Source: Epithemia pelagica
Taxonomy: Eukaryota; Protista; Bacillariophyta
Assembly (NCBI GenBank): GCA_946965045.2
Contig: OX337239.1
Coordinates: 2,604,001 to 2,668,000 of the forward strand
DNA: 64,000 bases
Direction of reading: 5' to 3'
In this document: piece by piece, positions 1 through 12,100 of the stretch
How positions within the stretch are numbered: position 1 is the stretch's first letter
Layout of the letters: each line of letters starts with the position of its first letter
Position numbers and translations under genes: made by a program
Notes under the pieces: model-generated
Told to the model about the DNA's origin: nothing
Databases searched by the model: none
What the model saw: the letters and a program-made list of their open reading frames with translations, nothing else

Positions 1-530
1 ACCAAAATCACTATCAGCAATGGCAAATGACTGTTTTGACCCTTGGCGACTGCAACTATTGAAGCATTTGATTCAATCTGATTTGCAATCCATGAACTTG
101 TCATTTCTGGGATTTTAGAGTGTGGTGGAGATGATGACAACGACATAGAAAGACACTTTCAGGATGTCTTCGCATTCTGTTGCTTGGAGGTACCAGCATT
201 GTTGATTGTTTCAGTTCTTGATTTTCCAACAAAGAGGGTACTGACCGCTCAAAAAAATGTAATCCTCTCAACTCTTCCGTCCCAAAGAAGATGAATATTT
301 GGTAGACTATCTTAGTCAAATGAACCGATTCAACTCTGGGGAGTGGCTTGCTACAACCTGCAACTACAAGCAGTTGGATAACAATCAAGTTATGTTGACA
401 GATGAAGGAGCCCACGTTCTTTGTCATGTGAACTTTCGGCAATCTCTCCATTCTTCATTGGACGATCACTACAACTAGATGAATTTTCGTCCGAATCCGT
501 TTCAGAAGGCTTCATCTGATCGACAAATTT

Positions 531-1600
531 TTGTTCCAACAAGAATTCAAGAAAACCACCACTGTCACTGATCATTTCGGAAACCCAAAGCTTTCATTTG
601 GGTGTCATGATGATTCACTACAACAAGACAAGAAAAAGAGACATGGTTTCACTTTTTCTGCACTCAAGGACAATGGCATGCCACGATTTCAGTTTAGCAC
701 AAGCTCAGACTCGACTAGTAACGGAAGCTCTGATTTGGATGTCGCAACACTGGTGGACTCACTATGTAGTGATCCGGACAACGTCCAAGCATTGGCTCAT
801 CATGCAGGGGGCACTTTTGACAACGAACCTGAAGCTCTTGTCACTACCAAGAAATCTTTTGAAAAAATAATGATTAAGATACCTGAGCCACTCCGATACC
901 TGAATGGTGTCCTTTGACAGCCAATGGTCTGGGGTGACCCATTCCATGTTGCCAATCTTGTTGCCATGTGGGGCTTGAATGCTGCTTTTGGTGAAATGAG
1001 ACGCGGAGAACACGAACAACGTCACCACCGGCAAGTAATTCAATCTATGTATGGCGTTGTGCACCACAATCGGTCAATTGCAAGTCTTGTCGAAAAAGAG
1101 ATCGCAAATGAGTTTTTGTGGTCCACCATTCCTCACGTGTCTGTTGTTCGGGAGCGCCAACAACGATGGATGGTCAATCAAAGACATTGTTGCAAGATAC
1201 TTGGATGGTTTGCTGTGGATTGTGGTGGCGATAGTTTCTTCTATTATTTCTTGCAAGACTTGGCATCTGGCGTGAGAGCCATGAGCGCTTGGCAGGCCAA
1301 TGCCGCTGAGCATGCTGCCATGCTGGTTGCAATGCCGGCAATTCGTACAGCAATGCAATTCGAAGCCGAGATGGGCATCTATTTCAATGCCGTCATGTCA
1401 TGGCATTCGCGAGCAGGTCTTATGTTGGATCAGCCTGGCTCTCGGATGTTGGAGGTACACGCGTTCTTTTTCCGATTTGAGTTGCCCTTCTGGAAAAAAG
1501 CACTTGAGTCTACTGAAACTGTCTTCCCCAAGACAATATCATCGATACAAGACACTGAAGATGACAACATACGCGATTATCTCACGCAAAATCTCGGATA
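531..1600 (+). pseudogene. hAT-like DDE transposase remnant, truncated on the 3' side by a copia fragment
   Basis: ORFs 531..917 and 924..1628 are in the same frame, separated by one TGA (915-917). Motif order GCHDDS ... GGTFDNEPEA ... WGDPFHVANL ... ERQQRW resembles hAT D1, D2, CxxH and (T)RW. No TIRs found; right boundary approximate. Confidence 0.4.
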
Positions 1601-4600
1601 TCTATCCAGACGTCGCCGTTGGCGGTAATCGCCGTAACCAAGCCCGTCACCGCTTCGTATCAGAAGCCACCTCGAACCCTGCCAACCGTCCACGGAATTT
1701 TACTGGACTCCAGCAAACCAACGGAATCTACACCTTCTATGGTGTTGATGTCACCGACGTTACTCGTCGGTTTTCAAGCAAAGAAATGGCGACCCTTGGC
1801 CCTGCTGGGCAAGCTTATATCCACCAGGAACGTGCACGTGTTCGTGTTCATGGTGGTCGTGGCGGCGGCCGCGGTCTCGGTGGTCGGGGACGTGGGGGTC
1901 GCGGTGCAGGCCGTGCAAATGGTCGTGGCATTTCTGAGATTCAGACTGGTGGGGACCAGTCGATTATCACCGATATCACCAACAACGATCAGGGCACAAG
2001 GACGGAGACTGGCACAGCCACACAAGGGGAACGAGAAAGGGGAAGTACAAATGGGAGAAGATTTGGGAATGGGGCATACGGAGATGAAAACACTGGGACA
2101 GCAGGAAGCACTGGGAATGGCCATCGGGGAGTGTCGGTCGTCCATTGCGGGCCACAGCGACGCGTTGGTCAAGTCGACAAGGGTTGGTTGTTGGAACAAG
2201 GAAAGGCGGGAACCCTTGGTAGGAACGAAATGGACACGATGGCAGATACATGTTGCGCGGGGCGCAATTGGAGTCTGCTTGAGACAGCGGGGATGGAGTG
2301 TACGGTTAACGATTTTGCAGGTAACCAGGTGGGAAAATCTTCGGTGCCAGTGGCGACATGTGCCACTGTCGTCAGGGAGGCGAAATCCGGCTTAGAAATC
2401 GTAGTGATAGGACACCAAATGTTGTGGTTCGGGGATAAGTTGGATAAAACATTGTTGAATCAAAACCAGATTCGCCATGCTGGGCACGATGTTCGGGACG
2501 ACCCGACGAGAAAAGATCGTGAAGGATTCGGAATTTGGGTGGATGGGTTTCACATCCCTTTTCAGTTACACGGAACGACGGTGTACTTTGAGTCCCGAGC
2601 ACCAAGTCCTCAAGACATCGAACAGATGCTTTCTGTAACTATTACACGTCAAGAAATGTGGGATCAGCCCAGGACGCAAGCCCATATCTGGAGACGTATG
2701 GACCAAGCATGGCCGGGATTGGTGAAATTTCTGTCGCATTGACCCCGGAAGGAATTACACGCGAGTTGGCGTCTCGTCCGCGAGTTAAACAAGTCGAGAG
2801 CTCGCGGCATGGCTCGGCCACTGCGGAGAGTCTCAGTCGCAAGTGGCGCATCGGGCTCGATTCTGCTCGAAACACCCTCCGAGTGACCACCCAACAGGGG
2901 ATCCGCACGGCTATCTCGCCAATCACGCGGCGATACAGGGTAGACAATCTAGCATTACACCGGAATCGTCTCCACACACGTTTTCATACGGACACACTGT
3001 TCTCCAAGACGACGTCTTTATCCGGGAACAAATGCGCTCAGTTGTTTACGGAGGGGCACTTTACCGCGGTTTACCCTCTACCTAGTAAAGCACAAGTCGG
3101 ACAGGCGCTCGCGCAGTTTATCGACAAAGCTGGGATCCCGGACAAGCTCACAGCGGATATGGCGGGTAAACAGTTTGGCGAATCAACCCTCTTTCGGAAG
3201 TTAGTCCGGATGCACCGCGTGGACATCCACTGGACGGATTGTCACACTGGGAAGCAAAATCATCGCGCCGAGCGTGAAATTGGATTGCTGAAGCAACGAT
3301 GGCATCGTCGTGCCACTGACTTGCATGTGCCCAAACGACTGTGGGATTTTGGTCTCGTTTATGAAGCGGGCATACTCAGTCGAGTCGCTCGGGGACAAGA
3401 CGGCCGAACCGGGTTGGAACGACTCTCGGGAGATACGCCTGACATCTCGGAGTGGATTGATTTCTCCTTTTATGACTTAGTATCAGTTTTCACGTTGTTT
3501 ATGAAGCGGGCATACTCAGTCGAGTCGCTCGGGGACAAGACGGCCGAACCGGGTTGGAACGACTCTCGGGAGATACGCCTGACATCTCGGAGTGGATTGA
3601 TTTCTCCTTTTATGACTTAGTTTGGTTTCACAACAACGTGAAAACTGATACCGCTGACGACAATGCTCAATTGGGATACTGGTTGGGGATCGCACACCGA
3701 ATTGGCAGCGATCTCTGCTATTGGGTGTTGACCAAAAGCGGCAAGGTCATCTCTCGGACAACAGTTCAACACGTCACAGACGACGATATGAGGAAGCCAG
3801 AAATCGCCGAGAAGGTTAAGCAGTTTAAGTTGATTGTTGAAGAGAGGTTAGATGACCGGAACTTCACTGACACGGAAGGGAAAGGACCAGGTTACTTGGA
3901 AGACATGGAGAATTTGGAATCCGAAGAGGAAAGACGGGGACGGATCAGGATCGTCCCGTCTGATGACGAAGACGGAGATATGGTGGTGGAGGAAACAAAG
4001 GATGCCGACGCACATGGGGAAGGACACGACGAGTACATTGGAGCACAAATACAAGTCAAAGTGGGAGGCGAGCGAATGTTCCGCACGGTAGTGAAAAGAC
4101 AGAAAGGGTTAGACGGAAAGCCCGTGGGGAAACCGCATCGCAACCCACAATTCGATACCAGGACTTACCAAGTAGGATTCCCAGGTGGGGAAAACTTATA
4201 TTCTCAATTGGAAAAGGTTTCTGGTGATCCAAGAGGTAGTCGGCCACAGGAAAAACGGGGACGCCGTGAGAGCTGAGGATGGGTACCATGAAGGCAAGAA
4301 TGGTAACAAACACCCGAAGAGAACAACCAAGGGATGGGAAATAGCTGTTGAGTGTCGCGATGGTAAACAGATGTGGATACCTCTACGGGACGCGAAAAAT
4401 GGGTACGCCATCGAGTTGGCAGAATACGCGGTCGCACAAGGGCTCGTGGAGGAACCGGCGTTCAAGTGGTGGGTCCCACAGACGCTAAACCACATGCGCC
4501 GGATGGTAAAGAAGGTGAAGAAAAAATACTGGATGACCACCGAGAAGTATGGGATAAAACTACCCCACTCGGTGGAGGAAGCGTTAAAGATAGACGAACC

Positions 4601-6338
4601 AACTGGAACTACGTTCTGGAGGGACGCTATCAACAAGGAACTCAAGGTAGTGAAGGTAGCATGGGAAGCAAGGGACGACTTAGACATCGACGAGGTACGC
4701 GCCGGGCGACAGCTCATTGGTTACACTGAAATTAAATGCCATATGGTTTTCGACATAAAAATGGACCTGACGAGGAAGGCGCGGTTGGTGGCTGGTGGCC
4801 ATATGACCGACGCGCCGTCCAGCCTCACATATTCCAGTGTCGTCAGCCGAGATTCTATCCGAGTTGCTTTTCTCATTGCCGCACTAAATGGGCTGAAAGT
4901 GTTGGCATGCGACATCGGGAACGCATACTTGAATGCACCATGCAGGGAGAAGATTTGGTTCCATGGCGGGGCCGAGGTAGGGAACGAGTTCCAGGGCAAG
5001 GTTTGTGTCATGGTGCGGGCGCTATACGGGCTCAAGTCGTCGGGTGCAAGTTGGAGAGCCACGCTCATGGTCACGCTTTATGACATGGGTTTTGTCGATA
5101 CTAGAGCGGATGCATGCATTCTAAGGAGGAAGGCGAGAAAGGCATCGGGAGAGGAATACTACGAGCTTATTTTAGTATATGTGGATGACATCTTGCTGGT
5201 CAGTGATGACCCACAACCGGTACTCGACGAGATCGACCGGCATTACAAGATCAAGGCAGGCAGTGTGGGTGAGCCGACTGTATATTTGGGCGCGCAGATT
5301 TACAAGCACAACTTACCTAATGGCGACTGGGCATGGGGAATGTCCAGTGAAAAGTATGTGTCCAATGCCATTCGGATCGTCGAAGACCTGCTGAAGGAAG
5401 ACGGGGACGGCAAACATTTGAAGACCACGGCACGGGTCCCCGTCATCTCATCGTACAAGCCTGAACTGGATACCAGCCCAGAGCTAGACGCAAGACTCAC
5501 CTCACGATATCAACAGCTGATCGGTATACTCAGGTGGGCAGTGTAGCTCGGTCGTGTGGACGTCTATTTGGAGGTCTCGATTTTGTCGCAGTTCTTAGCG
5601 AATCCAAGGGAAGGGCATCTCGAAGCGGTGTATCACATATTCGCCTTCCTCAAAACACACTCCAAGCTGAAGCTGGTGTTCAACCCGAAAGATGTGGTGC
5701 TGGATGAATCTTGTTTCCCGCAGGTTCCATTGGACGAATGGAAAGAGTTTTATGGGGATGTTGCTGAAGAGATCCCGTCCGATATGCCGCTGGCGTTAGG
5801 ACAGCCCGTAACTATCACGTGTTTCGTTGATGCCGACCACGCCGGGAACGTCGTGACTCGTCGATCGCACACCGGTATCTTAATCTTCATCCAAAATGCT
5901 CCCATCTTGTGGTATTCAAAGAGGCAAAATACCGTGGAGACTTCAAGTTTTGGGAGCGAGTTCGTTGCTCTTCGGATCGCAAAGGAGATGATTGTTGCAC
6001 TGCGTTACAAACTTTGAATGCTCGGGGTTCCTTTGGCCGGGCCAGCCAATGTCCTCTGTGACAATCGTGGTGTGGTGAAGAACACCAGTCTGCCTTCTTC
6101 GGTTCTCAGCAAGCGGCATAATGCTATCAACTATCATGCGGTGCGGGAGGCGGCTGCCGCATCGATTATCCGTGTCGGCAAGGAGGATACCGACTCCAAT
6201 ATTGCAGATTTGTTTACCAAGGTTCTGCCACAGGAGCGGCGGAACAATTTGATTTCGCAGTTTACGTATTCTTCGGCGTTTGGGTCCAGTGGTCCACCTT
6301 CTATGTCCACTGCTGGTATCAACCCTTCCGCCTTCTGA
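1600..6338 (+). pseudogene. Copia-1 gag-pol pseudogene
   Basis: Protease EMDTMADTCC; integrase HTDTLFSK, ADMAG, NHRAERE; RT CDIGNAYL, ALYGLK, YVDDIL; RNase H FVDADHAG, GSEF, CDN, NIADLFTK. Broken by frameshifts (~2700, ~3490, ~4200) and in-frame stops TAG 5544-5546 and TGA 6015-6017. Confidence 0.93.
3357..3621 (+). repeat. 125-bp direct duplication (3357-3481 and 3497-3621) with a templated inverted junction insert
   Basis: Two copies, identical on visual comparison. Junction 3481-3499 (TATCAGTTTTCACGTTGTT) is the exact reverse complement of 3632-3650. Confidence 0.95.
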
Positions 6339-6380
6339 GGGAGCCAGTCATCATTTCATGACATGTTGACTGGCGGGGAC

Positions 6381-6561
6381 TGTCTCATTCTGGTCGATAC
6401 GGGATTGATACGTCAGCATGACGTAGATTGGGCCTTATGACCGGGGGGGGGGGGAATTGGAACGGACATTATCGGTTACCACTTTACTGGTTTCATGCGT
6501 TGGATGTAGTTGTAACGCTTAGTCTTTCTTTGGAACGGATTCTATCAGGTAGAATAAGACA
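6381..6561 (+). repeat. Putative 3' LTR of Copia-1 (~181 bp)
   Basis: Follows purine tract GGCGGGGAC (6372-6380); begins TGTCT and ends AGACA (5-bp terminal IR). No partner LTR in the window to confirm. Confidence 0.55.
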
Positions 6562-6752
6562 TTTCCTCTTGCACTGGCACGATCTCCTCCTCCGCTTCCA
6601 CTAACTCCGTTACTTCCGGTACCTCCGCCTCCGCACCCCTTCCCCTCACTACAATACTTTCCTTCGTAGCCGTACTCCTAGTATTAACTCTCGTCGCTGT
6701 CGTCATTCTCAACGCTTTGGGTCTGATAAACTGTCTTATACGCTTCGTATAA
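6562..6752 (+). pseudogene. 3' remnant of a membrane-anchored protein gene (S/T-rich stalk plus C-terminal hydrophobic segment)
   Basis: Start-less open frame SSCTGTISSSASTNSVTSGTSASAPLPLTTILSFVAVLLVLTLVAVVILNALGLINCLIRFV* immediately after the putative LTR. Confidence 0.35.
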
Positions 6753-7655
6753 GTCAACTTCTAAAAGACTGAGATTAACAACTATAAAGATATCGTCCAA
6801 AACCAGTAAGGTGGTATTCGGTGATGACCGTGACCCCATTCGTGACTGCAATCCCGCAACGGGCTAGGAGAAACAGTGACGCACGTGCCGACATGGACAT
6901 CTGAGTTGTGACACACTCTCGACATTCACACAAAATTCTCTTGGGGAATGTTGGACCATGGAACCAACGGTCGCGACGACCGTGTGTGTGAGTCCACAAA
7001 AGTTGGCGGTCCCCTTTCTCTTTCTTGTGATTGTGTCAAGTGCGTGTGGTTCGGTGTTGTTGATGGGATGAAGAAGAGAGAAACAAGAGATTGATCAATT
7101 CGTAGTTTTTCTGTATACAATAGGGCCCCAACCGTTTTGGATCGGTCCTTGTTGTATCCATCGAATGGCCGTATTCTATGCCAGAAACATCATTGCAGCA
7201 TTGTGAATTGAGAACATGGTGGTTGCTCTTGTTCTCTTGTATCATCCAAGCAAGGTAATGACAACCGCCGTTTCCAAATCCTTGTGTCAACGAGGTGCTG
7301 CATGGAGACGACAATCCTGGTACAGGTACCATTTGGTACCCATTACAACAAACACAACACGTTACCTTTCTGCATTTTCGACCGCATGCCTTTGTTCCGG
7401 AAAAATCAGCCCATGGTCGTCAATGTGTGGTACGATCCATCCACTACTGCATGCAGAATCTGGGGGTTGGTTTTCCACCCATACAAGCCTTGGGAGTGGA
7501 AGGCTCGTGACACTGCTACTACTGTGGGGAATGATGCTACTGCTGACGATGATGTGGTAGCTTCGCCCTCCATCATCGACAAGGAACTCTTTGTCTTTCA
7601 ACAAGATGGTGTCCGATTTTTGTTGTCCAAGAAACGATGCATTTTGGCCGATGAG

Positions 7656-7791
7656 GTGAGTCCAAAGAGGAGAGGATAATGGGTGCGGATCGTGTGGTTG
7701 CACTGATACACTCACGGCAGACACGCCCATTGGGGATGGGGACTATTGTTGTGGATTCATTGTTGGATTCATATGCATTCTACCTATCTAG
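7656..7791 (+). other. Spliceosomal intron (136 bp) in the SNF2 pseudogene
   Basis: GTGAGT donor and CTAG acceptor; removal joins LADE to MG*GKT in frame. Confidence 0.8.
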
Positions 7792-9333
7792 ATGGGATGA
7801 GGGAAAACTGTGCAATGCATTGAAGTCTTGAATCACTTGGCTCGAACTCGTCCACGTAGTAGTCATTCTACCAATCGTCCTCTGTCTCCCATTCGAGTCC
7901 TTATCGTATGTCCCAAGTCGGTCATGGGTGTGTGGCAAAATGAACTCAAAGAATGGATGCAAGTGTCGTATCAACTCAACCTGATTCAAGCCGCCAAGTC
8001 CACACCCTCCACTACTGAGGATGGTCCTCAACCAAAAGAAGAAACAGAAAAGGCCGTTTCGATAACCATGATTAATTACGATTTGTGTCCCAAACGCGAA
8101 CAAGAGTTGCAGCAGATTGCCTACAATGTTTTGATTTGCGACGAAGCCCATCGTCTCAAAACGCCGCGCACGCAACGGACCCTGGCCGTGTTCGGGGATG
8201 GCAGCCACGAACATCCAGGAGTCGTTTCCGAATACCTGTGGCTCATATCCGGTACACCCATGCCCAATCGTCCCGTCGAACTTTACGCTCCCCTGCGAGC
8301 CATCAACCGACGAGCGGGTGTGTGGAACTATACCAGGACACAGGACACAGTTTTCTCGTGAGTTTTGCAGTCCGGAACACGTTGTGAAAGACGATAGAAC
8401 GATGCAACAGTTCCCCGAATTGCGCAAGCTTTTGGAAGGCTTCATGTTGCGTCGGGAAAAGAAGGACGTTCTGAAGCAAATGCCAGCCAAGGTGCGATCC
8501 TGTGTCGTGTTAACACCCCCTGATGGCAGCAATGTGGCCCTACGCGAACGACAAGAAATTCAGGAGTTGTTGCAAAAATTGCAAAAACAGCCAAGCTCCA
8601 CGCAAAAGCGGTCTGTGGTACGAAGCAAGGTCAATCAAACCTCGGCGGGAGGAAGCGAGGCACTAGAGACTGCTAACCCAAAGAAGGATTTGGAAAGCTT
8701 TTGGAGCCGTGGCAATGGAACTACGAGACTATATTTCACAAGAGTTCCCAGAGTATTCCGGCTTTGCGATTAATCAACATTTGCTGGGGCTTTTGGTTCG
8801 CATTCGTCACAACACGGCCATTCAGAAATTGGAACCGGCTCTAGAACTGTTGGAAGATATACTGAAATCCGAAAACAAGGTGGTGGTCTTTTGTCATCAC
8901 TTGGATCTAATGGATGGCTTGTTGAAACATTTTGGACGCGTACGCTCTGTTTGTTTGCTCGGAGGCCTGTCGGACGAAGAACGTAAAGAGGCGGACGATC
9001 GCTTCCAAAACGATCCGCGCGTGTCTGTCTTTGTTGGCAGCATGTATGCGGCCGGTGTAGGTTTGACCTTGACGGCCGCCTCCCGCGTTGTTCTTTGGAA
9101 TTGGATTGGACACCAGCGAACATGAGCCAGGCGGAATATCGGTGTCATCGAGTAGGTCAAGTTAATTGTGTACAAGTTCAGTACTTTGTCTTTGCCAAAA
9201 CCCTGGATGAATTCATCGCCCAGACGCTTGTGAACAAACAAAAGGCTATTGATGAACTTATTCACCCACGCGAAGGCGGTCAAGACAACAAAACAGAGGA
9301 ATCAAATGAGGTCTATTGCCTGGATTTTGGAAA

Positions 9334-9352
9334 ATACAATGGACGTCGGTTG
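9334..9352 (+). repeat. LINE target-site duplication, left copy (19 bp)
   Basis: ATACAATGGACGTCGGTTG, identical to 18426-18444. Confidence 0.93.
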
Positions 9353-9452
9353 TTAAGGCTGCGAAAGAACTTTTTCGGCACCGCGCGGTTTTGGGAAGCT
9401 ACACAGTAACTACTAGTAACGTAGAATTCTACGTAGTTCTGTACTGCTGACC

Positions 9453-12100
9453 ATGGCCGAAGCTACGGAAGGCTCCGACGATCGCCCAATCAATTCCACC
9501 ATGGATACTCACCCAACCAACACCAACACGAACTCCAGCGAACCCCAGGAACCCCCTGTTCTGTTCTCTGGCCCCGCCTCCCCTTGGTTCCAGTCACGCT
9601 GGCGCTTAGAAATCCGTCTCGCCAATGACACCAACCATGCTTTCGATGCTGGTAAGGCCTATCATAACTTTGTGTCTACCGCTCTCCAGGCGTTCCCCAA
9701 CGCTATCCATTTTTGCACGAACGATGGATCGATGTACTTCACGGAACAGTCTCAGATGCCGTCCCCTACCGATTACCACAACTATTTTCAAGGTGCGCGC
9801 TCCAGCAGGCCCGAACACGGGGCTTATCGCTTCTATATGGTTCTCGCTGTTCAGACCTACGGACTTCCGATTCAAGATATGAAACACAATAAGCAGTTCC
9901 TAGAGTTCCTTCATTCAACTGTCACATGGTTGACGTATCATAATCTCGATAGTTTGGACATCCAATCCGCTGGGTTCTTTACTTTGCGTCATCCTCACTG
10001 GACCTTTTTGGAAGGATTCCATTTCCGTGCTAAGAATGCTTTGAAGGACTACCTCCAAGATCTGGATATGGGTACCTTGTCTCCCGACCAAGTTGCCGCG
10101 GTCCGTCCCTACAAAGATCGTCATTACCCTTTGCCGCCGTTCGATCTCTGCATCCAGAACGTCCGGGCATACTATTCTCGCTCCTCCCAGCAGAATGATT
10201 CGAATGCCACAGGCAAACCTCAAGCCAAGTTCATTTCGGCTGAAGCTCTGGAGTTCCGCTGCGCCCGGGCGCACATTGACCTCTTTACTTGTCTACTTGA
10301 TGGCGTTACCTCCAGAGACATTTGGTCCCTCGGTAGATTTGCATCGTATCAACTCCGCCGTGACAGCGCCGACCACTTCCGCGCATGTGTATCCGAACAA
10401 AATACATTTTTGCAATCGACATCCTACATTCTGCTCCAAAATGTGGACCGAATTGTTCTCGATGGTATGATTTCCGTGGATCACCTCAATAACATCCCTG
10501 GCTTTGAGGATGCCATGCATTCTATTCCCCTTCGCGGCCTTCTCCTCACACTGAATGGCTCAGACACCGATGACCTTAAAACACGCCCCGATTTCTTGCC
10601 TTGGAACCGGAAACTCGCTATGGTTCGTGGAAGCTTTTGTGCCCAAGCGCACACTTGCAGGCTAACAGCGAATGGTTTGACGATCACTTTCTCCGTCTGT
10701 ATACCAGTGTCGAGACGTATGCCGCTCTACCAAGCCACTCTGCGTCTCGCCAGCCGTTCCGAAGAGCCATCCGATCAGATCGCCACGCCCGTATTGCTCA
10801 GATGGAAGCAACTGGACTCAATATGGACCTACCGAAAGGCAACCATCGCCCCACGCAACGAAAACCAACCATCAAAGTCATGATTGATCAGCAATCATTT
10901 CCGGAGTTAGTGAATCCGTGGCAACCGATTTCCAACCCAACGGCTCCTCCCCCATCACGCATGAAGAAACTTGGCAAACTAAAGAAACAGGTCTCCTACG
11001 CGGACGCAGTGACAGTTTCCTCCAATCAATCAACGGCGCTCACCTCTGCTACTACTACGGTCACGAACGCATTGGAGACTAAGGTTCAACAGTTGGAAAA
11101 ACAACTTACCGACCAAGCCGATCAGTCTAAATCCTTGCGTCAGGAATTATCTTCACTCAAGGCCACGGTAACTGAACAGGCGGCACAACTTACCACGGTG
11201 AATCAGGCACAAGAGACGATTACGAACAACCAAACCGAAATGCAGCAACAAATCGCGACCATCCATCGTACGCAGACGGAACAAATAGCCCACCAGCACC
11301 AAGTTTCTACGGCTCTCGACCGTATCTTCCACAGGTTGGATTCGGTTGTTTCTCAACAACAATTCGAACAATTGACGTCCCTCCTCCAAAGACAACAAAT
11401 CCAGTCCAATATTCCAGCTCCAACTCCCAGTCCTCAACAAAATACTGGCGATACAGCTGCTCCACCTTCCCTTGCCACCAACACCACAGCTCTGGCAACA
11501 GCGGATACTCCAGCTCGACCTTCCAGTCGTCCTCGCGAGGCCACCACCTCCGATGACCCCGAGACCAATAGCCCACCTCACAAGCGCACATGTCCTCCAG
11601 CCCTTTCTCCGGATACTCAATTTGCGCTCGAAAATTCGTCCCCTATCCACGTCCCGGACGAGGCCCCAGCAATGCCCCAAGCTAGTAACCAACCACCAGC
11701 TCCAACAGCTCTTTTTCCCTCGGCTCCCGCTCCCCAAGCTCCATCCCAAGTCAGTCCCACCCCAGTCTCTGCGTCGGCCAACGCCGATCCCAACAGCTCT
11801 TCCACCCAGGACCCCACCACGGCATCAACCACGCCGCCTCCAGCTCCGCCAACTCGTATTCTGGCTCTTCGGAATGATATCGCTAGAGAGGTGCCAAACC
11901 AGTCTCGGCCATCCAATGCGATTATCAACCCCTATGCATCCCACAGGTTTTCCAGCCAGAGTAACCCCCGGATCCAGTCTAACCGTGACCGTGCCGACAA
12001 CACCCCAAACGGCCACTCCACTAGCCAGACCGGGCCAACCGGACCCAATAGTGATCCCCGCCCACCCGCGGCACCAAACCCCCAAAGCAACCGACCTTAG
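9453..12100 (+). CDS. LINE ORF1 (coiled-coil plus P/S/T-rich tail), with one apparent 1-bp frameshift near 10595
   Basis: ORFs 9453..10883 and 10601..12100 join as PDFL(A)LEPETRYGSW if one base is restored; heptad-rich segment LETKVQQLEKQL. Confidence 0.7.

Larger units (their letters stand above)
1600..6561 (+). mobile_element. Ty1/copia LTR retrotransposon (CoDi-type), 5'-truncated and decayed (Copia-1)
   Basis: Domain order gag C-terminus, PR, IN, RT, RH, then PPT and a putative 3' LTR. No 5' LTR seen; left boundary approximate. Confidence 0.9.
7284..9352 (+). pseudogene. SNF2-family helicase (SMARCAL1/ZRANB3-like) pseudogene, 5' part
   Basis: Q motif LFVFQQDGVRFL, then ILADE|intron|MG*GKTVQ (TGA 7798-7800 in Walker A), LIVCPKS, ICDEAHRLK, ISGTP, FMLRREK, VVVFCHH, GVGLTL, and ELDWTP..QAEYRCHRVGQ. 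Frameshifts near 8350, 8700 and 9100. True start not established. Confidence 0.88.

Noticed and set aside
6015-6017. RIP-like or methylation-driven hypermutation inferred from the CGA>TGA and CAG>TAG stops
   Set aside because: Only a few events, mixed with transversions (GAG>TAG at 5544); cannot be assessed without family consensus alignments.
11472-12100. Annotating LINE ORF2 as a 2265-aa protein starting at 11472
   Set aside because: This part overlaps the ORF1 tail and is low-complexity; recognisable ORF2 domains begin only at ~12280.
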